A stretch of DNA of 64,000 nucleotides from Parcubacteria group bacterium Gr01-1014_8 (lineage in GTDB: Bacteria > Patescibacteriota > Minisyncoccia > Phycocordibacterales > UBA2100), in contig VMGC01000005.1 of assembly GCA_007376385.1 (NCBI GenBank), positions 32,001-96,000 of the forward strand, written 5' to 3'. Position 1 is the first letter of the stretch; each line of letters begins with the position of its first letter. This document shows, piece by piece, positions 55,490-64,000 of this stretch. The notes below the pieces were generated by a model. That model did no database searches and was not told where the DNA came from. It was given only the letters and a program-made list of their open reading frames with translations. The translations under genes were made by a program, and so were the position numbers.

Positions 55490-56728
55490 ATGTCTGAAAA
55501 GAAATTTCCTGAAGGATTTTTATGGGGCGCAGCGACTGCTTCGTACCAAGTTGAAGGCGGTATCGAGAATTGCGACTGGGCGAAAGCTGCTCGAGAAGGG
55601 AGGGTGCCAGAGTGCGGGCGAGCGTGCGACCACTACAATCGCTATGAAGCCGACTACGATATTGCAAAATCACTCGGGCACAACTGTCATCGGATCTCTA
55701 TCGAGTGGGCGCGTCTAGAGCCGGAGGAGGGGAAATTCGATGAGAAAGAAATTGAACACTACCTGGCTGTTCTTGCTGCACTCCGCGAGCGCCGCTTGAA
55801 GCCGTTCATCACGCTTTGGCACTTTACACTTCCGCAGTGGTTCGCCGACAAGGGCGGATTTGAACACCCTGATGCTCCGGAAATATTCGCACGGTACTGC
55901 GGATATGTCGCGCGAAAATTGGGGAATGATTGCCGTCATTTCGCGACCATCAACGAGCCCATCCCCTATGCTTCCAACGGTTGGCGGCGCGGGATATGGC
56001 TTCCATTTAAGAAGTGGCCGGGAATTGACACCATAGCGATCGCAACCTCAGGTCGCGAATTAGACCCGAGGCCAGAGACGAGCATAGCGAATATCTTCAA
56101 GTATTTTTCAGTCATAAATACGCTCATTCGCTCGCACAACGCGGCGTATGATGCGATAAAGAAATCGGCGTTCGGAGCAGAAGTGGGCATCGTACACCAA
56201 GTCCTTCTATTCCACTCGAATGGAAATCCATGGAATGTACTCCTGGCGCGCTTAATGAATTGGCACTTCACGCATTATTTTATAAAGCGTGTTTATAAAA
56301 AGTGTGACTCGATTGGCGTTAATTATTACTTGCACAAGAAATTCGGCGATACCGTCGTCTATGACAAGACGGATATGGGTTGGGACGTATATCCGGAGGG
56401 AATCCGCGAGGCGCTGCTTATGGTCAAGCGCTACGGACTGCCGCTGTGGGTCAGCGAGGCGGGTGTCGCGGACGCGAAAGACACAATTCGTGCCGAATAC
56501 ATCAAGGGGCTCGTTCGCGGCACGTATGACGCGATGCAGGAGGGCGCCGATGTGCGCGGTTTTATGTACTGGTCGCTTCTCGACAACTATGAATGGGCGT
56601 CCGGATTCGGGAAACGGTTCGGACTTGTGGAGATAGATTACGATACGCTCGAAAGGAGAGTCCGTCCGTCGGCGTACGTGTATAAACAAATCATCGAACA
56701 GAATGGCTTGGTAGACTCCGTGAGATAA
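55490..56728 (+). CDS. Glycoside hydrolase family 1 (beta-glucosidase-like).
   Basis: FLWGAATASYQVEGG N-terminal signature, TINEP acid/base and VSEAG nucleophile regions. Confidence 0.85.
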   Translation: MSEKKFPEGFLWGAATASYQVEGGIENCDWAKAAREGRVPECGRACDHYNRYEADYDIAKSLGHNCHRISIEWARLEPEEGKFDEKEIEHYLAVLAALRERRLKPFITLWHFTLPQWFADKGGFEHPDAPEIFARYCGYVARKLGNDCRHFATINEPIPYASNGWRRGIWLPFKKWPGIDTIAIATSGRELDPRPETSIANIFKYFSVINTLIRSHNAAYDAIKKSAFGAEVGIVHQVLLFHSNGNPWNVLLARLMNWHFTHYFIKRVYKKCDSIGVNYYLHKKFGDTVVYDKTDMGWDVYPEGIREALLMVKRYGLPLWVSEAGVADAKDTIRAEYIKGLVRGTYDAMQEGADVRGFMYWSLLDNYEWASGFGKRFGLVEIDYDTLERRVRPSAYVYKQIIEQNGLVDSVR

Positions 56729-56797
56729 ATTCGTTGCGCTTGGCGGGGAGGCTTCTCGCATATTGCCAACATTCGACTGTGAAAAAGTCCGCGCGCA

Positions 56798-56816
56798 TTA
56801 TCTCATGGGGTAGAAT
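56798..56816 (+). promoter_or_regulatory. Conserved motif, copy 12 (plus orientation); its TAGAAT is 6 nt before the ATG of the DMT-like gene.
   Basis: ATTATCTCATGGGGTAGAAT. Confidence 0.5.
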
Positions 56817-56822
56817 AGGTCA

Positions 56823-57731
56823 ATGTCAACCTGGCTTGGGCTTGCTGTATTTGCCCAGTTTTTGTTTGCTGTATCCGTGCTTGTCGACAAGCACATTGTG
56901 CTTCACAAAGAGCACATCGGGAAACCCGTTGTTTATGCCTTTTATGTTTCCTTGCTCTCAGGATTCGTTATAGTGCTTGCGCCTTTTGGGTTTGTATCAT
57001 TGCCAAGCTTGCTGGTTCTTGCGTACTCGCTCGTCTCGGCGATAACATTTCTTGTAGCCATCTATTTTCTTTACTCCGCGCTCAGTATTGCTTTCGCGTC
57101 CGACGTGGCGCCTGTTGTTGGCGCCGTCTCAGCGATCTCGACGCTTGTCCTTGCGGCTATTTGGATAGATGGAGATGTTACTGGTTTTCTTGTTTTACCG
57201 GTAGCGCTCCTCATTTCAGGGACCGCACTCATATCGCATTTTCACTTTACGAGACGCGCGCTTCTCTTTGTTGTCTCGTCCGGCGCTATGTTCGGCGTGA
57301 CGGTCTTTTTGAGCAAGCTTATTTTCATAGAAACTAACTTCATTGATGGCGTGTTCTGGACCCGCATGATGAATGTTGTTGTCGCGCTTTTCTTGCTTTT
57401 AATTCCTTCGATACAGCTCGCGATATTCACGGGTGGTCGGCACTCTTCTCACGGAGCAAAATTTCTTGTTATTGGCAATAAGATAGTCGCGGGGAGTGCG
57501 AGCGTGTTGACGGCGTTTGCAGTGAGTCTTGGCAGTGTGTCTGTCGTGAACTCGCTCGCGGGGCTTCAGTTCGTATTTTTATTTGCACTTACGTACCTCC
57601 TTTCCAAGTCGATGCCGGGGCCAAGTAAAAATACTTCGCACATCCATGTCGGATTTTTGCACACAGCGATCGGAGTTGTTCTCATCGTTCTCGGTCTTGC
57701 ACTGCTGTACGCCGGTCACATCAATGCATGA
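56823..57731 (+). CDS. Polytopic membrane protein (DMT/EamA-like).
   Basis: 302 aa, about 10 transmembrane helices. The start sits 6 nt after a TAGAAT hexamer. Confidence 0.5.
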   Translation: MSTWLGLAVFAQFLFAVSVLVDKHIVLHKEHIGKPVVYAFYVSLLSGFVIVLAPFGFVSLPSLLVLAYSLVSAITFLVAIYFLYSALSIAFASDVAPVVGAVSAISTLVLAAIWIDGDVTGFLVLPVALLISGTALISHFHFTRRALLFVVSSGAMFGVTVFLSKLIFIETNFIDGVFWTRMMNVVVALFLLLIPSIQLAIFTGGRHSSHGAKFLVIGNKIVAGSASVLTAFAVSLGSVSVVNSLAGLQFVFLFALTYLLSKSMPGPSKNTSHIHVGFLHTAIGVVLIVLGLALLYAGHINA

Positions 57732-58720
57732 TGCGTTTTTTTAAATGGGTTTTGTTGTTCCTCGCTGCCCTTGCGGCGGCAGTAGCCCTGCTATCGATAC
57801 GACCAGCGCCCGAGCGCATCATCTACGGAATGTCGTTCACTAAGTTGCATGCCGATGAGCTGAAGCTGGATTGGAAAGTAGTCTACAAAGCAATACTTGA
57901 TGATATGGGAGTGCGCAAATTAAGGCTTGCAGCGCACTGGCCAATGACAGAACCGCAGCGTGACCGATATGATTTTGCAGCCATGGACTATCAAATACGG
58001 GAAGCGTCAAAGAGAGACGCAGAAGTAGTACTTGCAGTCGGGCGCCGGCTTCCTAGGTGGCCGGAATGCCATATACCTTCGTGGGTAGGGAATATGTCCT
58101 GGGAAGAGCAAAAGATGGAGCTGCGTCAGTACATCACGGCAGTTGTTGAGCGATACAAGGGCGAAAAAGCAATAACGCATTGGCAAGTCGAGAACGAACC
58201 GTATTTAAGTTTGTTTGCGACTGAAATATGCGGAGAACTGGACGAAGACTTTTTGAAGGAGGAAGTAGCGCTCGTAAGATCACTAGACTCGTCGCGACCC
58301 ATTCTTGTGACGGATAGTGGAAATCTCGGAACATGGTTTCGACCATATCGGCTTGGCGATGTCTTTGGAACCAGTGTGTATGTGCATTTTTGGACACCGG
58401 AGCTTGGTCAATTCAGGACGGTTCAGCCTCCTGCACTCTATCGAGCGAAAACAAACCTGATGCGGCTTTTATTCGGAAAGAAAGAGGTGTTTCTCATTGA
58501 GCTCTCAGGAGAGCCGTGGCTTGTTGAGCCGGTCCGGGATGTACCCATAGAAACGCAACTTAGTCGCATGGATATTGATAAATTCAACGATATTGTAGAG
58601 TACGCAGAGAAGACGCACTATGAGGAGCAGTATCTGTGGGGGGCAGAGTGGTGGTACTACATGAAATTACACGGTCATCAAGAGTTCTGGGAGCGCGCTA
58701 AAGAGTTGTTTGATGAGTGA
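57728..58720 (+). CDS. Secreted TIM-barrel glycoside hydrolase (GH5-like clan, ENEP motif).
   Basis: Signal peptide. WQVENEP acid/base motif and a later ELSGEPW candidate nucleophile. Confidence 0.55.
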   Translation: MMRFFKWVLLFLAALAAAVALLSIRPAPERIIYGMSFTKLHADELKLDWKVVYKAILDDMGVRKLRLAAHWPMTEPQRDRYDFAAMDYQIREASKRDAEVVLAVGRRLPRWPECHIPSWVGNMSWEEQKMELRQYITAVVERYKGEKAITHWQVENEPYLSLFATEICGELDEDFLKEEVALVRSLDSSRPILVTDSGNLGTWFRPYRLGDVFGTSVYVHFWTPELGQFRTVQPPALYRAKTNLMRLLFGKKEVFLIELSGEPWLVEPVRDVPIETQLSRMDIDKFNDIVEYAEKTHYEEQYLWGAEWWYYMKLHGHQEFWERAKELFDE

Positions 58721-58778
58721 CCCGCGGGAGTGTGAGTAGTTGGGGAGAGCGACAGTATTTGTGTGGCACAATAGACGA

Positions 58779-59591
58779 ATGTCCTTTGTGATATTCGATT
58801 TGGGCGGTACCAACTTGCGCATAGGTGTCTCGCGCGATGGCAGCAAAGTAGACGACATGAAGTCTGTGCCGACGCCGCCGAAATTTGAAGACGGCGTTAA
58901 TACTATTGATAGCGTCGGCAAAGAGTTGCTTGGAGGAAATACGGCGACCGCTGTTGCAGGCGGTATCGGATGGTCACTTGATCAGAGCCGCTCCTCAATT
59001 TTCAATTCAACGAAGAAAAATCTTATGGATTGGAGCGGAAAGCCGCTTAGAGATGAGCTTGCAGCCAGGTTCAAAGCGCCGGCAACTCTCTATAATGACG
59101 TTGCCCTTGTCGGTCTTGGGGAAGCACACAGCGGGGCAGGGAAGGGTTCATCTATTCTTGCGTACGTTACAGTTTCGACTGGAGTCAACGGCGTTCGCAT
59201 CGTAGATGGGAAAATAGACAGAGCGACATACGGGTTTGAAACAGGAAAGCAGATAATTTCTGCAGGAAAATTAGAAGATCTCGTATCAGGTACTGCGGTG
59301 ACAAAAAAATTTGGCATCCACCCGAAGGACCTGGATTCGCTCGATGAGAGAAATAAACTCGGCGACTTGCTTGCAGAAGGCTTATTCAACACCATTCTGC
59401 ACTGGTCGCCGGATACGATCGTTCTCGGAGGTTCGATGATAATTGGCAAGAATCCGATTCCGATCCCGCGGGTGATGGAGTCTCTGGCGAGAATCCAAAC
59501 AATTTATCCGACAACGCCGCGCATCGTCATGGCGGCGCTTGGTGACAATGGCGGACTGGAAGGCGCCCGCGTTCTCGCAACAATGAGGTAA
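58779..59591 (+). CDS. ROK-family sugar kinase-like protein.
   Basis: MSFVIFDLGGTNLRIG N-terminal ATP-binding motif and ROK-like glycine motifs. Confidence 0.65.
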   Translation: MSFVIFDLGGTNLRIGVSRDGSKVDDMKSVPTPPKFEDGVNTIDSVGKELLGGNTATAVAGGIGWSLDQSRSSIFNSTKKNLMDWSGKPLRDELAARFKAPATLYNDVALVGLGEAHSGAGKGSSILAYVTVSTGVNGVRIVDGKIDRATYGFETGKQIISAGKLEDLVSGTAVTKKFGIHPKDLDSLDERNKLGDLLAEGLFNTILHWSPDTIVLGGSMIIGKNPIPIPRVMESLARIQTIYPTTPRIVMAALGDNGGLEGARVLATMR

Positions 59592-59608
59592 ACCCCGTGA
59601 GATAGGAC
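59588..59608 (-). promoter_or_regulatory. Conserved motif, copy 13 (minus orientation, variant); overlaps the stop codon of the ROK gene. Divergent partner of copy 14.
   Basis: GTAAACCCCGTGAGATAGGAC on the plus strand. Confidence 0.35.
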
Positions 59609-59672
59609 ATAGTCCATCGCTCACACGACGTCGTTATGCTACCAACATTGGATGCTTAGCGGGGGTCAGATT

Positions 59673-59693
59673 GCATATCTCATGGGGTAAACT
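59673..59693 (+). promoter_or_regulatory. Conserved motif, copy 14 (plus orientation); its TAAACT is 7 nt before the ATG of the 33-aa micro-ORF.
   Basis: GCATATCTCATGGGGTAAACT. Confidence 0.5.
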
Positions 59694-59700
59694 GATAGAG

Positions 59701-59802
59701 ATGCTACGCATGAAAAAAGCGTATCTCTATATCGGAGCGTTGTTATTTCTCGCGGGTGCCACCGCGCAGTTTGTTCACGCACAGTATGGTGCTCTCGAAT
59801 AA
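59701..59802 (+). CDS. Candidate 33-aa hydrophobic micro-protein (MLRMKKAYLYIGALLFLAGATAQFVHAQYGALE).
   Basis: ATG lies 7 nt after the TAAACT hexamer of the conserved motif. Below the ORF-track size cutoff; speculative. Confidence 0.3.
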   Translation: MLRMKKAYLYIGALLFLAGATAQFVHAQYGALE

Positions 59803-59847
59803 TGGGCGTACAATGAAGATACGTTATCCATAAGACCATTCGTGCGT

Positions 59848-60006
59848 ATGGCGGAAATAGCATATTGCGTAAAGTGCAAGCAAAAGAGGGAGATGAAGGA
59901 TGCGAAGGAGGTATCGTTTGCCGGGAAAGGAGGCAATCAACGCCGAGCGATGCAAGGCATATGTCCGGTGTGCGGAACAAAGATGTTTAAGATACTGGGG
60001 AAATAA
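59848..60006 (+). CDS. Small zinc-ribbon protein (52 aa, CxxC...CxxC).
   Basis: MAEIAYCVKCKQK...GICPVCGTKMFKILGK, followed by a strong terminator. Confidence 0.45.
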   Translation: MAEIAYCVKCKQKREMKDAKEVSFAGKGGNQRRAMQGICPVCGTKMFKILGK

Positions 60007-60023
60007 AGGTTCCTCAAAAAAAT

Positions 60024-60048
60024 CGCCCCACGTGGGGGCGGTTTTTTG
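60024..60048. terminator. Bidirectional rho-independent terminator.
   Basis: CGCCCCCACGTGGGGGCG hairpin flanked by an A-run upstream and a T-run downstream. It sits between convergent small genes. Confidence 0.65.
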
Positions 60049-60062
60049 TCATTCAGTCCTTC

Positions 60063-60266
60063 TCACGCGGCGACTGTTCTTTCTTCTATCATCTGGTGAT
60101 AGTCCGCCACAGGAATAAGCGGTTCACCAGGATGTTTTTTCTCCATGTGCATTTGAATTCCGGTTGTGAACATCATGCCTTTTAGCATCGCGATAGCGCC
60201 GTCGCGATTTGTTGCGTCAACGGTCATGATCTCACCGCAGTCGCACTTCATGTTAAATATCGCCAT
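60063..60266 (-). CDS. DUF1059-like small metal-binding protein.
   Basis: MAIFNMKCDCGEIMTVDATNRDGAIAMLKGMM...HMEKKHPG pattern. Confidence 0.5.
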   Translation of the reverse strand: MAIFNMKCDCGEIMTVDATNRDGAIAMLKGMMFTTGIQMHMEKKHPGEPLIPVADYHQMIEERTVAA

Positions 60267-60366
60267 ATATGTCTTGTTAGCGAGTAGTGGATGTAACTCT
60301 ACCCTTAGCTTTATTGCGGTGCAACAACCAGAATTTCATAACAAACAGATCTTGGGGGGCAGATTC

Positions 60367-60484
60367 ACCACACGGGTACTTCCATTTCACTAACATCGGG
60401 GTACCGATGAAGTGAAATTGGTCGCACCACACGGGTACTTCCATTTCACTAACATCGGGGTACCGATGAAGTGAAATTGGTCGC
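60367..60484 (+). repeat. Exact tandem duplication of a 59-nt hairpin-forming unit, 95-210 nt upstream of glnA.
   Basis: Unit 60367-60425 repeats exactly at 60426-60484. Each unit contains ATTTCACT...AGTGAAAT around the inner palindrome CATCGGGGTACCGATG. Confidence 0.85.
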
Positions 60485-60577
60485 AGCACGTATGCACCGC
60501 TTTGTCTATCTAGACGAGTTCACGCTCTGTTCTATAGTTCCTACTATAAATTATCAATACATTATACTAATTCCGGC

Positions 60578-62017
60578 ATGAATAATACTAAGAACTCCCT
60601 CAAGGATTTTCTTGAGATCCCGTACCAGAAGCTTGAACAGATGAATGTGAAAGCAAAGGAGCGAGCGGAGAAAGCGACAGATAAAGAATTGGAAAAAGAA
60701 TATACGGCATGGCTAAAAAGGGAAAAAGGCATCAAAGCAGTAACGCTTTGTTTCTCCGACATCGAAGGCAGGCTTCACATGCTGGACTATGACAAAAAGT
60801 TCCTCTTGGATTCTCTCTCGAACCTGACGTTCGACGGCTCGTCGATCCGCGGATTTACTCCCCAGCATGAGTCCGACTTGCGGCTTGAAGTAGATTGGTC
60901 AAGCATACGCTACTTTCCCTCAGACGTGTTCGGACCCGGTAAAGTCATCTTCTTTGCGTCAGTCTTGAACAGAGATAGGACACCCTACTTCTCTGACTTC
61001 AGGGGCCGATTGAAAGCATACACAGCCTCCCTCAAGAAAAAGGATGGGCTCACCGCATATGCTGCTCCCGAGATCGAAGGATTTCTCGTAGATGAAACAA
61101 ACAGCGAACAAAATTACCGTATTCACGGCGGCTTTAAATTGGTATCGACTGGAGGCTACTTTCACTCACTGCCGATGGACCCCCTGCGTGTTTTTATAGA
61201 CAACGCTGCGGAAGCGCAAAGAGCAATGGGCTTTAAGAATGAGAAAGACCACCCCGAAGTCGCACCCTCACAGTTTGAAATGAACTTCTCCTACGCGGAA
61301 GTCGTGCGCGCGGCAGACAACATCCAGCTCTACAAACTCGTCTGTAGGCAAGTGGCGCGCAACATGGGACTCACTGCTTCGTTCTTGCCCAAACCCTTTA
61401 CCGGCATCAATGGCTCCGGTATGCACACGAACTTTTCGCTTGCAAAAAATGGAAGGAACATCTTCTACGACCCGAAGGGCCAGGACGGTCTTTCCAAGAT
61501 CGCGTGGGACATGATAGCGCGCCTCCTCAATCACGCGCCGGAAATATGCCTCATCCTGAACTCCTCGGTGAACAGCTATCGCCGGCTTGACCCGCACTTC
61601 GAGGCGCCGAACCAGATCAAAGTCTCGCCTATTGATCGCGGTTCGATGATACGTATCCCGATAGGAAACGAGAGAACCGCACGCATCGAGCTTAGGTCCG
61701 TCGCGCCGGATGCGAACCCGTACCTCGTCTTGTTCACGATGTTGAAGGTGGGGCTGGAAGGAAAAAAGCTCGAAAGGGACGCAAACAAACGCGACCGCAT
61801 CCGTTTTCTTCCCGACAATGCCTACGACGCGATTTCCCTCTTCAAGGCGAGTAAATTCCTGACAGAGGCGCTCGGCGAGGAAAGCAAGGACAAATTCGCC
61901 GCTTACAAACAAAACGCCGCTGACCGTTCTCCGAAAGCTCTCGGCGCAATTATCAAGGATTCGGAAATAATTTATCACCACGAGGTAACCAACCAATATC
62001 TATGGAACAACTTTTAG
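60578..62017 (+). CDS. glnA: Glutamine synthetase type I.
   Basis: FDGSSIRGF...; GS catalytic-domain motifs (NGSGMHTNFS). Confidence 0.9.
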   Translation: MNNTKNSLKDFLEIPYQKLEQMNVKAKERAEKATDKELEKEYTAWLKREKGIKAVTLCFSDIEGRLHMLDYDKKFLLDSLSNLTFDGSSIRGFTPQHESDLRLEVDWSSIRYFPSDVFGPGKVIFFASVLNRDRTPYFSDFRGRLKAYTASLKKKDGLTAYAAPEIEGFLVDETNSEQNYRIHGGFKLVSTGGYFHSLPMDPLRVFIDNAAEAQRAMGFKNEKDHPEVAPSQFEMNFSYAEVVRAADNIQLYKLVCRQVARNMGLTASFLPKPFTGINGSGMHTNFSLAKNGRNIFYDPKGQDGLSKIAWDMIARLLNHAPEICLILNSSVNSYRRLDPHFEAPNQIKVSPIDRGSMIRIPIGNERTARIELRSVAPDANPYLVLFTMLKVGLEGKKLERDANKRDRIRFLPDNAYDAISLFKASKFLTEALGEESKDKFAAYKQNAADRSPKALGAIIKDSEIIYHHEVTNQYLWNNF

Positions 62018-62031
62018 CACTGAAAAACAAA

Positions 62032-63360
62032 ATGGGTTTGCTGCAGAACGCCTTTCTTCTCTTCCTCGTCGGGTGCGCAGTCGGATACATCGCCATGTCG
62101 TTCGCGGGTGCTTCGGCGGGCGCGTTCGACCCAGCATCGATAGATACCGGCGACACGGCGTGGATGCTCGCATCAAGCGCGCTTGTGATGATAATGACGC
62201 CAGCGCTCGGTTTCTTTTACGGCGGCATGGTGTCGTCCAAGAATGTCGTCTCGGTCATCAAACAAACAGTCGTTATTCTTGCCCTGGTCAGCGTTCAGTG
62301 GGTGGTCATCGGCTACACGCTGGCATTCGGAACAGACGTGAGCGGCCTCATAGGAGGCCTGAACTATTTGGGATTACGCGACGTGGGGTTTGCGCCGAAC
62401 GTCGACTATGCGGCAACGATCCCGCATCTTGTGTTCATGATCTTCCAGGCGATGTTTGCCATCATCACGCCAGCTCTTATCATCGGGGCGTTCGTGGGCC
62501 GAATGCGATTCAGTACGCTCATCGTGTTTACTTTGTTATGGGTGACGCTCGTGTATGACCCGATCGCGCACTGGGTGTGGGGGGTCGGCGGTTGGATACG
62601 CACTATAGGCGCGCTGGATTTTGCGGGAGGCACGGTCGTTCACATGAGCGCTGGCTTTTCCGCGCTCGCGGCCGCAATTCTTGTTGGAAAGCGTCTGGAG
62701 CAGACAAACGGCGAGAGCGCCAACAACGTGCCGTTCGTTATTCTTGGCGCGGTCTTACTGTGGTTCGGCTGGTTCGGATTTAATGCGGGTTCTGCACTCG
62801 CGTCGTCCGCTCTCGCCGCAAGCGCATTCGTTGTCACCAACACTGCGGCTGCGGCTGCCGCTCTCACATGGGTTGCGCTTTCGTGGATAGAGAAAAAGAA
62901 GCCCTCGGCCATGGCTGCCGCAATCGGTGCAGTCTGCGGCCTTGTCGCGATAACGCCAGCGTCCGGCTACGTCGGTCCCATTGCGTCCATATCTATCGGC
63001 ATCATTGCCGGCGTCATCACCTATGTCGCGGTTTATATTCGGAGCAGGAAAATGAAAATAGATGACACGCTCGATGTGTGGGCAGCTCACGGAGTCGGAG
63101 GTCTCGCAGGCGCGGTCCTGACCGGATTCTTTGCCGAAAAAGCGATCAACGCAGCGGGGAATAATGGTGCGCTCTTCGGGAATCCGGAGCAATTGGCAAT
63201 TCAGTTGATCGCCGTTCTTGCGGTGGGCCTCTACGCTTTTGTGGTGACATACATTCTTCTGAAGCTCATTTCTTTCGTGATGCCGCTGCGCGTCACGTCC
63301 GCAGACGAGCACGAAGGCCTCGATAAGTCATCGCACGGCGAGGAGGGGTACCGCTTCTAA
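62032..63360 (+). CDS. amt: Ammonium transporter.
   Basis: DFAGGTVVHMSAGFSALAAAILVGKR signature. Confidence 0.9.
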   Translation: MGLLQNAFLLFLVGCAVGYIAMSFAGASAGAFDPASIDTGDTAWMLASSALVMIMTPALGFFYGGMVSSKNVVSVIKQTVVILALVSVQWVVIGYTLAFGTDVSGLIGGLNYLGLRDVGFAPNVDYAATIPHLVFMIFQAMFAIITPALIIGAFVGRMRFSTLIVFTLLWVTLVYDPIAHWVWGVGGWIRTIGALDFAGGTVVHMSAGFSALAAAILVGKRLEQTNGESANNVPFVILGAVLLWFGWFGFNAGSALASSALAASAFVVTNTAAAAAALTWVALSWIEKKKPSAMAAAIGAVCGLVAITPASGYVGPIASISIGIIAGVITYVAVYIRSRKMKIDDTLDVWAAHGVGGLAGAVLTGFFAEKAINAAGNNGALFGNPEQLAIQLIAVLAVGLYAFVVTYILLKLISFVMPLRVTSADEHEGLDKSSHGEEGYRF

Positions 63361-63391
63361 GATCGTGAGAGCACTTTGCAATGAACACAAA

Positions 63392-63421
63392 CAGCCCCGA
63401 CATTTTGTCGGGGCTGTTTTT
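63392..63421 (+). terminator. Rho-independent terminator after amt.
   Basis: CAGCCCCGACA TTTT GTCGGGGCTG followed by TTTTT. Confidence 0.65.
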
Positions 63422-63426
63422 GCCCT

Positions 63427-64000
63427 ATAAACCTCCGGCGTTAGCCGGAGTGTACGTTTGAAGGCGAAGCCGTATGCTAAAGCCGTCCGGCAGGACGGCT
63501 TTAGCAATAACCATACGCATGTCATCACACAAACGTACAATACGCACATTATCACACTGCTTTTACGACCTGAAATACCATCTGGTATGGACACCAAAGT
63601 ACCGAGGAAAGGTACTGACAGCACAGAAGGTGAAAGATGAGTTGCGGAGAATCTTCGAGACAATCTGCAAGTGGAAACACTGGGAAGTCATCGAACTGAA
63701 CATTCAAGACGATCACGTACACTTCTGCATCCTCACGACACCGAGAGACTCCATCTCATATACCATGCAAATACTGAAGGGGAAGTCGTCTGCTTGGCTC
63801 AAGAAGAAGATCAAACGGGCACACGGTCTGTACGAAAAAGAATCTCTGTGGGCGAGGGGTTACTTTGTCTCTACGATCGGCATCGACGAGCACCTCATAC
63901 GTCGGTACATCAAGCATCAACACCATCACAATCAAACAGACCAACCAAGTCTGTTTGACAAGCTGCTCTCTTAACAACCGCGGCCGCCCTGCCGGCGTAG
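63427..64000 (+). mobile_element. IS200/IS605-family element (left end with subterminal hairpins plus tnpA); the right end is beyond the window.
   Basis: Hairpins CTCCGGCGTTAGCCGGAG (63433-63450) and AAGCCGTCCGGCAGGACGGCTT (63479-63500) upstream of a Y1 HUH transposase gene. Confidence 0.7.
63519..63974 (+). CDS. tnpA: IS200/IS605 TnpA (Y1 HUH transposase).
   Basis: LKYHLVWTPKYR, DDHVHFCILTTP (HuH motif) and catalytic-Tyr region (RGYFVSTIG). Confidence 0.85.
   Translation: MSSHKRTIRTLSHCFYDLKYHLVWTPKYRGKVLTAQKVKDELRRIFETICKWKHWEVIELNIQDDHVHFCILTTPRDSISYTMQILKGKSSAWLKKKIKRAHGLYEKESLWARGYFVSTIGIDEHLIRRYIKHQHHHNQTDQPSLFDKLLS

Noticed and set aside
60367-60484. Possible CRISPR array.
   Set aside because: Only two identical units directly abutting with no spacer, no cas genes, and the units are imperfect palindromes of 59 nt. 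This is a tandem duplication, not CRISPR.

Overview
This is a 64 kb bacterial window of about 55% GC with tightly packed genes. It reads like an uncultivated lineage, possibly Patescibacteria-like, but that is my inference only. Many start codons sit 6-8 nt after a TATAnT hexamer, which suggests leaderless or near-leaderless mRNAs. The main content, in order: (i) a six-gene operon at 595-7752 resembling a group-4 [NiFe]-hydrogenase / complex-I module, in which both 'catalytic' subunits have lost their metal-ligand cysteines, so it looks like an Ehr-type energy-converting hydrogenase-related complex; (ii) an extracytoplasmic thiol-oxidation toolkit (DsbA-like, thioredoxin-like, DsbB-like) and a type IV pilin; (iii) a thymidylate/folate cluster (glyA, thyA, dcd, DHFR plus a second DHFR-like reductase); (iv) a purine operon (purSL, purQ, purE, purM, purC, purB) with two unknown small genes intercalated; (v) two two-component systems, an ABC-2 transporter, a P-type ATPase and several secreted or surface proteins of unknown function; (vi) sugar-metabolism genes (phosphohexomutase, cupin-type PGI, GH1, GH5-like, ROK kinase); (vii) a glnA-amt operon preceded by a tandem hairpin repeat; (viii) a partial IS200/IS605 element at the right edge. 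Three non-genic signals stand out: a three-copy small structured RNA-like element (about 105 nt) whose copies differ by compensatory changes including a G-U wobble; a highly conserved 17-bp intergenic motif (TTATCTCAYGGGGTATA) present at least 14 times, often as divergent pairs with a fixed 81-84 bp spacing and usually ending in a -10-like hexamer just upstream of ATG codons; and a perfect 36-bp palindrome. No rRNA, tRNA or CRISPR array was recognised.
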